A stretch of 64,000 bases of DNA from an uncultured Verrucomicrobiae bacterium (GTDB taxonomy: Bacteria; Verrucomicrobiota; Verrucomicrobiia; Limisphaerales; Palsa-1400): positions 32,001 through 96,000 of the forward strand of contig CAVPOM010000004.1 of the NCBI GenBank assembly GCA_963707025.1, given 5' to 3'. Below the pieces are notes generated by a model. The model ran no database searches, was not told the origin of the DNA, and saw nothing but the letters and a program-made list of their open reading frames with translations. How positions within the stretch are numbered: the first letter of the stretch is position 1; each line of letters begins with the position of its first letter. Positions 1 through 9,700 of this stretch are shown one piece after another. Both the position numbers and the translations under genes were made by a program.

Positions 1-687
1 AAACGGGGTGCCGGCCACCGTTTGCATCCGCCCGGTGGGAATGAGCGAGCGGTCCACGGGGGTGAATTGATCGGCGTTGATCTGCAGGGCATGGTTGAGG
101 ACATCGCCCCGGCCAGCCAGGTTGTAGTAGGAGTGCTGGGTGAGGTTGACGATGGTGTCCTGGTCGGTGGTGGCGGTCAAATCCAGCCGCAGCCCGTTGT
201 CGGCCGTCAGCAGGTAAACGGCCTGGACGCGGAGGTTGCCGGGAAAACCCTCCTCGCCGTCCGGGCTGAGGTAGCTTAAGGCCACGGCGGGGCCTTCGGG
301 CGTCATCCGCGGCGCGGCCTGCCAGACCACTTTGTCAAATCCCCGCAGCCCGCCGTGGAGGCAGTTGGGGCCGTTATTGACCGCGAGTTGGCGGGTGACG
401 CCGGCCAGCGTGAAGCGGCCTTGGGCGATGCGGTTGCAGCAGCGCCCGACCAGGCAGCCAAAATAGGGGGTCGCTTTGAGATAACCGTCCAGGGTGTCGT
501 AGCCCAGCACGACGTCGCCCAGCCGGCCCTGGCGGTCGGGCACCAGCCAGGCGGTGACGATGCCGCCGTAATTGGTCAGGCGGACTTCCACGCCCTGGGC
601 GTTGCGCAGGGTGAAAAGCTCCGCGGCCGCTCCCTCGGGAGTCTGCCCGAAGGGGGCGCTGCTGATTTCCGCAGTGGATGTATTCAT
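1..687 (-). CDS. galM: Aldose 1-epimerase (galactose mutarotase), 3' end runs off window
   Basis: Manual translation from ATG at 687: MNTSTAEISSAPFGQTPEG...LTNYGGIVT...GDVVLGYD...PYFGCLVGRCCNRIAQGRF...NCLHGGLRGFDK. Not in the ORF track because it lacks a stop in the window. Confidence 0.9.
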   Translation of the reverse strand, partial: MNTSTAEISSAPFGQTPEGAAAELFTLRNAQGVEVRLTNYGGIVTAWLVPDRQGRLGDVVLGYDTLDGYLKATPYFGCLVGRCCNRIAQGRFTLAGVTRQLAVNNGPNCLHGGLRGFDKVVWQAAPRMTPEGPAVALSYLSPDGEEGFPGNLRVQAVYLLTADNGLRLDLTATTDQDTIVNLTQHSYYNLAGRGDVLNHALQINADQFTPVDRSLIPTGRMQTVAGTPF

Positions 688-739
688 GGCGGCGATTTTG
701 TCAGACCGGCGCGGCAAAAGCGAGTCCTGATCCGAACGC

Positions 740-3010
740 CTACTTAATGTCATTGACCAGCGTGGTCAGCGTTTGGCCCGGCAGGGTGAACTGGGCCGAT
801 CCATTCTTGACGGTGACCGGCTCGAGCTTTGCCAGACCGCGCCTCCCATCTGTCACATACACGCTCATTTGCGTGACCGGGGCGGGCAATCCGGCCAGTG
901 TGACCGGGCGGCCGGCGCCGTTGTTGACCAGGTGGACGGTATAAATCCGGCGGGACGGGTCCACACAAGCGGCGGGGAGGACCAGGCCGCTGTTGGAGTG
1001 GGCGGGGATCCAGGCCGAGCCGGCCGGGGCCAGGTTAAACTGCTTGAGGTTGTGGAACCGCTGCGCCGGCTGCAGCGCGCCGGCGGCATCGGACATGAGG
1101 ACGGAATAATCCTGGGTGAGCTGCCATTCCAGGATGGATTCAGGCTGGCAGAGGCGCATGATGCGGACGTACTCGGCGGCTTCGTCAAGCGCATACCAGG
1201 CCTCGCGGAAGACGTTGGGGTAAGTGGAGGCCTGGGCGTCGTTGCCGCCTTCGGCATCGAAGAGGGGGACGCCCAGTTTGGCAGCGGCGTCGGCCCATTT
1301 CTGATACTGTTCGTCGGTCGCGCCGCGCCAGGAATGGAAGGAGACGGCGCCGATGTATGGGACCGCATCGGAGTCGTTGAGGGAGGGCTGAATGAAACCG
1401 ACGGGCAGGGCGTCGCCGGTGTCACCGAGAAGCATCCGGGTCTTCAGCCCGATGGACTTGAAATACGCGCCCAGTTTTTTGATGGCTTCGGCGTGTTCTT
1501 GCGGGCTTTGCAGGACGTTGATGCCGATGTTGGATTCGTTGAAGCTGAAGTACTGCGGTTCCGCGCCGTAATGGGAGCGCAGGTAGAGGAGATAGGAGCC
1601 GATGGACTTGCAGATGGCGTCCCACTTGGCCGGGTCGAGGCGCTGCCCCCGCGCTCCGCCACCGCCGCGACCGCCGCCAGCGCCGTTGCCCTGCACGGCC
1701 CAAGAGGGAGGAAACCAGCAACTGATAATCATCGGGATGTTTTGCTTCGCCAGCTTCCCGGCGATCTCCATGGCCGGAGCGACCGAATTCATCCCAACGC
1801 TGCCGCCGCCGCGTCCGCCGCGCGCGGGAGGGGCGTTGGAGGCGCCGGCGGGAGGCTCTGCGGCACTCTCAGCGGCCAGGAGCGGGGGAGGCGAATTTTC
1901 CTCCGGCTGCCAGGTGTTCCACGGCATGGCCACGCGGCCGTAGGCGACGCGCATGTTGTCGAAGATGTATTGGATGACCTGGGCATCGCGCGGACTCTGG
2001 ATGCGGTAATTGCCGCCCATGCCGTCAAAAGTGCGACCCGGCTTGGAAGGATCAATCGTGACGGTGACGGGGCCGGTTTCGACATCGCCGGAAGCCTTGA
2101 GGGTGAAGTGCGATTCAAAGACCTGGCCGGCGGTGGTGTTGCCGGTGGCGATGGGAAAATAGACCTGAATATCCATGGCAGCGGGGTTGTTGCCGGTCGG
2201 GGCTTGCTGCACAACCACCCGGCGTATCTCGCCTTTCCCAAAACTCACTTGCACTTCCTCGTGGTTTTTCCCAGTAAGGCGAATTCCCGGGCAATCCGCC
2301 AACAGATAAAGCCCGTGGTGCCAAGGCTGTGGCGTCGTCAGCGCCATAGTCCACCGGCCTTCCCCGAAGTCCTTCATCCCCTGTTCCGCCTGATTCAGAA
2401 ATGGGGTGTTGGTTGTTTTCAACTGGTCTAAAGGAGGGGCCGCGTTGCTGAGAAGTCGGGCGCCGCCATTGGAGTAAACATCGAAGGGAAGGACCAGGAA
2501 GTAGTAAATGCCGGCAATGGTTTGATCCTCCAGCGAGGTGAGGCGGAGACTGACGTCGCAGGTGCCGGGAGCGGTGTCCGTATAGGTGATGGTGTAGTTG
2601 AAGCCGCTGGCGGCTCCTCCACGGCCGCCCCTTCCTCCGCGACGCCCAAAACCGCCGGCCAGGTTGGTTGCGCCGCTGTTGTTCGTCCCGGCGGCAACAT
2701 TGGTCGCGCCGCGCGGGCCGGCTCCGGCGCGCGGGCCGCCCGCGCCGTATTGCAGGTTTTCACCGACGGTGACGGCGTTGTTGCTGCGGACATATTGACT
2801 GGTGCGGGTGGGGCCTTCCCGCTGCGAGAGGGTGAGTTGGGTAAGATCCGGATTGTAAACTCCCACAGCGGTGGTGAAGGGCACGAGCTGGCCGCCTACC
2901 CGGATGCCGCGCAAATTGCCCCATCCGCTGACTTCGGCCTGGCCGGCAACCCGGTTGCAACAGATGGAGACAAACAACGACAGGGCAAAACAAAGCGTTC
3001 CTCTTTTCAT
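740..3010 (-). CDS. Secreted glycoside hydrolase, clan GH-A (GH30-like), with Gly/Arg-rich inserts
   Basis: Signal peptide MKRGTLCFALSLF; FDGMGGN, acid/base-like FNES, SFHSW, nucleophile-like DAEGG, C-terminal beta-sandwich (FTLPGQTLTT). Confidence 0.65.
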   Translation of the reverse strand: MKRGTLCFALSLFVSICCNRVAGQAEVSGWGNLRGIRVGGQLVPFTTAVGVYNPDLTQLTLSQREGPTRTSQYVRSNNAVTVGENLQYGAGGPRAGAGPRGATNVAAGTNNSGATNLAGGFGRRGGRGGRGGAASGFNYTITYTDTAPGTCDVSLRLTSLEDQTIAGIYYFLVLPFDVYSNGGARLLSNAAPPLDQLKTTNTPFLNQAEQGMKDFGEGRWTMALTTPQPWHHGLYLLADCPGIRLTGKNHEEVQVSFGKGEIRRVVVQQAPTGNNPAAMDIQVYFPIATGNTTAGQVFESHFTLKASGDVETGPVTVTIDPSKPGRTFDGMGGNYRIQSPRDAQVIQYIFDNMRVAYGRVAMPWNTWQPEENSPPPLLAAESAAEPPAGASNAPPARGGRGGGSVGMNSVAPAMEIAGKLAKQNIPMIISCWFPPSWAVQGNGAGGGRGGGGARGQRLDPAKWDAICKSIGSYLLYLRSHYGAEPQYFSFNESNIGINVLQSPQEHAEAIKKLGAYFKSIGLKTRMLLGDTGDALPVGFIQPSLNDSDAVPYIGAVSFHSWRGATDEQYQKWADAAAKLGVPLFDAEGGNDAQASTYPNVFREAWYALDEAAEYVRIMRLCQPESILEWQLTQDYSVLMSDAAGALQPAQRFHNLKQFNLAPAGSAWIPAHSNSGLVLPAACVDPSRRIYTVHLVNNGAGRPVTLAGLPAPVTQMSVYVTDGRRGLAKLEPVTVKNGSAQFTLPGQTLTTLVNDIK

Positions 3011-3273
3011 GGCGCTAAAGATTGCGGGTAAATGACCATCAAATAGAAGCGGCGGCAAGCCAATTTGGGTCTTGCGCGCCTCCGTTGCAGGCTTATTTGA
3101 CAAGATGCGCGCCGTTGGGTGGATTTTTTGCTTTCGTTATTTGTGGTTTTGCGGTTTGATGCTTGCATGTGTGAACGGCTTTGCGTCCCAATGTGGCATG
3201 GTCCCATAGATGATGTTCTCCGCCGGCCAGAGGGTGGGAGGGTTGATGCTGGAACTTTGAATGGATACCGCAG

Positions 3274-4296
3274 ATGATCCGCCTCAAAGACATCGCCGCC
3301 CAGGGGGGCGTATGCGTCATGACCGTGTCCAAGGCCTTGCGCGGCACGAGCGACGTGGCCGCGCCAACGCGGACCCGCCTGCGGGCGCTGGCCCAACAGA
3401 TGGGTTACGTGCCCGATTTCATGGCGCAAAGCATGCGCAACCGCACGACCAAACTGCTCGGCCTGGTCCTGCCCACGGTGGCCAATCCCATCGTGGGCCG
3501 CACCGTCTCCGCCATCGAAGAGCGGGCGCACGAACTGGGCTACGATCTGATTCTGATGCACCACCAGAACCTGGTGGAACGGGAGGAGGCCTGCCTGCGC
3601 CGGCTGCTGTCGCGGCGGGCGGACGGACTTTTTATCTTTCCGGTTTACCGAATGGCGCCCGCCTCCGCCATCTACGAGGACCTGGCGCGGCGCGGCACGC
3701 CGGTGGTGATCCTGGGGCAACGCGCCCCCTTCTGCGCCAATTTCCACAATGTGGAAACGGACGACGTGCGGGGCAGCGCGCTCATCACGGGGCATTTGCT
3801 GGAATTCGGCCACCGGAAAATTGCCTTCCTGTGCGGCCCCACCAGCGCGCCCTGGGCGCAGGAGCGGCTGGAAGGCTATCGCCGCGCCTTGCGGGAAGCC
3901 AAGGTGGAGTGGGACGACGGCCTGCTCTTCAATGCGGGCGCGACCCTGGAGGAAGGGGAAAAAGCCGCGCTGCAAATCTTGCAGGAGGCCCCGTCCGTCA
4001 CCGCCGTGCAGGCCGCCAGCGATTTGTCGGCCATGGGCGCGGCCAAGGTTTTTTTGAATCAAGGACTCCAGATTCCCAAGGACCTTTCGGTGGCCGGCTT
4101 TGGCAACATTCTCATGAGCGAATACTTCCGCGTGCCGCTCACCACCGTGCATCAGCCCAAATCGCGCCTGGGCGTGGCCGCGATGGAAATGATGCAAAAG
4201 CTCCTGCGGGGCGAGCCGGCCGAGGCGCGGCGTTTGCCGGCCGAAATCATCCTGCGCGCCAGCACCGGCCCGCCCAAGCGGCCGGCCCAGGGTTAG
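3274..4296 (+). CDS. LacI family transcriptional regulator
   Basis: LKDIAAQGGVCVMTVSKAL HTH; IPKDLSVAGFGN; PLTTVHQP. Confidence 0.95.
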   Translation: MIRLKDIAAQGGVCVMTVSKALRGTSDVAAPTRTRLRALAQQMGYVPDFMAQSMRNRTTKLLGLVLPTVANPIVGRTVSAIEERAHELGYDLILMHHQNLVEREEACLRRLLSRRADGLFIFPVYRMAPASAIYEDLARRGTPVVILGQRAPFCANFHNVETDDVRGSALITGHLLEFGHRKIAFLCGPTSAPWAQERLEGYRRALREAKVEWDDGLLFNAGATLEEGEKAALQILQEAPSVTAVQAASDLSAMGAAKVFLNQGLQIPKDLSVAGFGNILMSEYFRVPLTTVHQPKSRLGVAAMEMMQKLLRGEPAEARRLPAEIILRASTGPPKRPAQG

Positions 4297-4348
4297 CCCG
4301 CCGGCGGAGGTTGCTCCAAGGAGATTAAGATTAAGATTAAGAATAGGA

Positions 4349-4690
4349 ATGGCCTCCAACAATAAGCCGGTACCGGCTGACAAGCCGCCAGAAACTCCGC
4401 CGGGGGATGGCCCGGTCGAATTGCCGATGGATGGAGTGCTGGATTTGCACACCTTCCGCCCGCGCGACCTTGGCGGGCTGATTCCCGACTGGCTGGCCGC
4501 CTGCCAGGAACGGGGCCTGCTGGAGTTGCGCATCATTCACGGCAAAGGCACGGGCAAGCTGCAGCGCAGCGTCCACGCCATTCTCGCCCGGCATCCCGAG
4601 GTGGCGCGCTATGGCCTGGCCGGGGCCCACTATGGCGGCAGCGGGGCGACCATCGTCCATCTGCGCCCTGCGCCGCGCTCAGAGGGGTGA
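4349..4690 (+). CDS. Smr/MutS2 C-terminal domain protein
   Basis: LDLH, IIHGKGTG and GGSGAT motifs. Confidence 0.9.
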   Translation: MASNNKPVPADKPPETPPGDGPVELPMDGVLDLHTFRPRDLGGLIPDWLAACQERGLLELRIIHGKGTGKLQRSVHAILARHPEVARYGLAGAHYGGSGATIVHLRPAPRSEG

Positions 4691-4721
4691 GGCGGCTTGC
4701 GTCAGAAACTTGGCGGCTGGC

Positions 4722-5664
<943 letters not shown>

Positions 5665-5668
<4 letters not shown>

Positions 5669-6208
5669 GTTCCGCCCTCCTGCTGCAGGATCACCTCGTC
5701 GGTGCCGCCTTCCTCGCGGAATCGGACGTTGATTCGCTCGCTCAGGGCGGTGGGCACGTTCTTTGCCGACGAAGTCCGCCTTGATGGGCAGTTCGCGGTG
5801 GCCGCGGTCAATCAGCACCGCCAGTTGGATTCTTTTGGGCCGGCCAAAATCGTTCAGCGCGTCCATCGCCGCGCGGGTGGTGCGCCCGCTGAAAAGCACG
5901 TCATCCACCAGCACGACCGTCTTGCCGGTCACATCAAAGGGAATGACGGTCGGCTGGATGGTGGGCGCGGCGCGCCGGTCCAGGTCGTCCCGGTGCATGC
6001 CCACGTCCATGCTGCCCACCGGCACCGGCTGCGACCAGATGCCGGAAAGAATGCCCGCCAGCCGATTGGCCAGGGGAACGCCGCCGCGATGAATGCCCAC
6101 CAGCACCACCTCGGCGCTGTTTTCGTTGCGTTCGGCGATTTCGTGCGCGATGCGCGTCAGCGCCCGCTGCATGGCCGCGGCATTAAGAATCATGGTTTCC
6201 TTGTGCAT
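5665..6208 (-). CDS. pyrR: Bifunctional pyr operon regulator / uracil phosphoribosyltransferase (apparent frameshift near 5762)
   Basis: [38 protein letters not shown]; corrected frame stops at an ATGA overlap with pyrB. Confidence 0.92.
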
Positions 6209-6365
6209 AAAAAACGGACTGACAGGGCGGGCGGGCGGTCCCCGGCCCGCCGGGGGGGTGATGGGGTGATGAGTGCGGAGTGCCAAGCGCGCAGCTATGG
6301 CAGACGGCAGTCCTCTGCCCACCCTCGGGGTGATTGGCGCGCTCCATAAAATTGATATTCATCGG

Positions 6366-6396
6366 CCTTGGCGGTCTCTCGGGACCGCATTAAAGG
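6366..6396 (-). promoter_or_regulatory. PyrR-binding RNA hairpin of the pyr attenuator leader
   Basis: Minus strand CCTTTAAT-GCGGTC-CCGAGA-GACCGC-CAAGG resembles the PyrR binding loop; a GC hairpin plus T-run lies just before the pyrR start (~6209-6255). Confidence 0.8.
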
Positions 6397-6478
6397 TTCC
6401 CGGCTCAGTCCGCGGGTGATTGTGGGAACAATCCGGGATTTTGCAAGTGTTTTTCCTGACACCAGACGATGGCGCGCA

Positions 6479-6594
6479 GTGGTGGAGTGATGGAGTGATG
6501 GGGCGCAGGAAATGCAGAATGCAGAATGCCTCCACCTTCGCCGGGCCTTCCACCTTCGCCGGGCCTACGGAGGACAGGACGGCGGACGGGAAAT
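6479..6594. repeat. Dispersed intergenic repeat (GGAGTGAT / TGCAGAA units plus CCTTCGCCGGGCC...ACGGAGGACAGGACGG block)
   Basis: 6525-6594 recurs directly at 12513-12582; 6479-6528 recurs inverted at ~29119-29170. Confidence 0.7.
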
Positions 6595-6789
6595 CACGGA
6601 GGGCAGAATCATGGCGGCAATGCCGGGGGAAGGCCACAGTGAGGGGAGTTGAATTCCGGAGAAAGGGGCTTGACGGGGGGGGCAATGTGTGCGTCTGTAG
6701 ATCGTACATTAGGCACGCTGATTGTTTCTTATTGTGAATATAAGGTGGTATGAAACCGACCTTGGTTCCAGGAAAGAGAACCGTTTTAG

Positions 6790-9700
6790 ATGAAAATGAA
6801 AATGTCGGTGCGGAAGCCGCTTGCTTTGGTTGCCAGCGGCTTGTTTTTATACGCCTTGAACCTGCACGGGCAGAGCGCCCCCGGCATCACCACCCAACCG
6901 CAAGGGCAATTCGCAACGAACGGACAACCGGCCGGCTTTAGCGTGGGCGCAAGCGGCGCCAGCCCGCTTCACTATCAGTGGCAATGGAATGGCGTGGCGC
7001 TGGCCGGAGCGACCAGTTCAAGCCTGGCGCTGACCGCGGTTACGAACGCGGGCAACATCACGGTCGTCGTCACCAACAGCGCGGGCAGCGTGACGAGCAG
7101 CGTGGCTGGGTTGGTCTTGATCGCGCCGCGAGCTTTGGCGGTGCTTCACACTTTCGGCTCGGTTGGGGACGGCGCCTGCCCGGATGGCCTGGTCTCATCA
7201 TCAAACTTGCTTTACGGGACTACTTACAGCGGAGGGATCTATGATGGCGGGTCGGTCTTTGCGGTGTACCCCGACGGCACCGATTACACCTTGCCTTACC
7301 AATTCACCGGAGGCACGGACGGTGGCAACCCACAGATTGGGTTGGCCATTGGGGATATTTGGAACGGCAACTCCGCCATCTATGGCACAGCGGCCAGCGG
7401 CGGCGCTGGCGGAGGCACCGTCTTTGCGGTCAATGGCAGCCACTCCGGGCAACTTTCAGGTCTGAAGGAGCTGACCGGTGTTCTGGGTTGGGGGGGTGGT
7501 GTTGTGAATTCCGTGTTTGGCTTCAATTATAGCGCCCTCCATATCCAGTTCGACGTGCTGGATGGCTTCACAGGCGGCTCCGATGGAGCCGGTCCGCAAG
7601 GGGGCTTGATCGAGTCAGGCGCCACGTTTTACGGGACAACGGGGCAGGGCGGATCCAGCGGCTACGGGACGGTGTATGCGGTGAACGACGATGCCAGTGG
7701 TTTCAGCACCCTCTACTCGTTCACCAACGGCGTGGACGGAGCCAGCCCGGAAGCCGGCTTGATTTTGGCGGGCACCACGCTCTACGGGACAACCTCGTCC
7801 GGCGGCGCAAACGCTCTGGGCACAGTGTTTTCAATCAATGCCAATGGAAGCGGTTTCAAAGCACTCCATACGTTCACCGGCGGTGGCGACGGGGCCAGCC
7901 CGCAGGCGGGATTGGTTTTGGGCAGGAATGTTTTATATGGGACAACCTCGTATGGCGGCGCCAGCGGTTGCGGGACGGTGTTTGCCGTCCATACCGACGG
8001 CACCGGATTCAAGACTCTTTATGCCTTCTCGGGCGGTCTGGACGGGGCCAATCCGGAAGCGGGATTGACCCTGGCGGGCGACACGCTCTACGGAACGGCG
8101 CGGTTTGGCGGCAACAACAACAACGGGACCGTGTTTTCCCTGGCCACGAACGGCGGCCTCATCGTGCTCTATGCCTTTACGGGTGGCGCCGATGGCGCGA
8201 ATCCCCCGCAGTCGGGTCTGATCGTGTCCGGCAACACCCTTTACGGTGTTGCCCAGGGCGGCGGCGCGAATCTGGCGGGGACGCTGTTCCGTCTTTCCCC
8301 GCTCGTCGAGATAATCCAGCAACCGGCGGGCGCCACCGTTTCCAGTGGTAGCGCGGCGTCCTTGACGGTCGTGGCCGCCGGCGTTCCACCGTTGGCCTAT
8401 CAATGGTGGTTTAACAGCAGTGCGATTGCGGGCGCCACCAACGCGAGTCTGACTCTGGCGGCGGCGGGAGCGAATAATACCGGCAGCTACATGGTGGTTG
8501 CCACCAACGCCTACGGAAGCGCGACCAGCAGCAACGGAGTGTTGACGGTGATTTCGGGGCTGCCGTCCATTGCCGCCCAGCCAGCCAGCGCGGTGGCGGG
8601 CCTGGGGCAGCCGGCGCAGTTTGGAGTCACCGCCTATGGCACCTGGCCGCTGGGCTACCAATGGCAGTTTAACGGCGGAGCGCTGGCGGGGGCGAACGGT
8701 TCGACCTTGAGTATTCCATCGGCCGCGGCCACGAACGCCGGAAGTTACAGCGTGATCATCAGCAACGACTTTGGCGCGGTGACCAGTTCTGTGGCGGCAT
8801 TGGCGGTGTACTCCGCGCCCGCCATCACGGTCCAGCCGCAAGGGGTGATGGTCTTGAACGGTTTGCCGGCGGAATTCGCCGTTTCGGTTTGCGGGGCCAT
8901 GCCGCTGGGCTGGCAATGGTTCTTGAACGGCAGCGCGCTGGATGGCGGCACCAATACAATGCTCAGCGTGCCGGACGTGACCTCGAGTGATGCTGGCTCT
9001 TACACGGTGGTGGTGAGCAATGCCTACGGAAGCGTCACCAGCAGCATTGCGGCTTTGACGATTGATCTGCCTCCCACGATTTTGGTTCCGCCGCAGAACC
9101 TGGTGGCCAACGCCGGTGAGACCGCGGCATTCAGTGTCAGTGCCTGCGGCACGGCGCCGCTGAGTTACACCTGGCTGTGCAATGGGGTTCCATTGGCAGG
9201 CGCCACCAATTCTGTCCTGACGCTGCAAGTGTCAACCAACAGCCCCGGCAATTACAGCGTGGTGGTCACCAACAACTGCGGCAGTGCGGCCAGCAGCGCG
9301 GCCATGTTGCTGGTGGAAGAGCCGCTGGCCTGTACCGTGCTGCATCCATTCGGGGTTGGCTGGGATGGCAACGGACCAAACTGCGGCCTGGTGTTGGGGG
9401 GGGGCCTCCTTTACGGCACAACGACAGAGGGGGGGACCAATAACGCCGGCACGGTGTTTTCCGCGAGCACCAGCGGCGGCAATTGCACGGTGCTCTACAG
9501 TTTCACCGGTGGGGCGGATGGAGCCAATCCTTACGGCCATCTGGTGCTCTCCGGCAATACGCTCTACGGAACCGCCTCGGGCGGCGGAGCCAACGGCAAT
9601 GGCTCGGTTTTTGCAATCCACACCAACGGCACCGGCTTCACCGTGCTCCATTCCTTTAACGGTGATGATGGCGCCAGCCCTCTGGCGGGCCTGGTCTTGT

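Noticed and set aside
773..2431. Long antisense ORFs (also 3007-4536, 21747-23054, 30218-31672, 61228-63531)
   Set aside because: Shadow ORFs of high-GC genes with no recognisable motifs
4323..4345. (GATTAA)3 microsatellite
   Set aside because: Short, intergenic, no evidence of function
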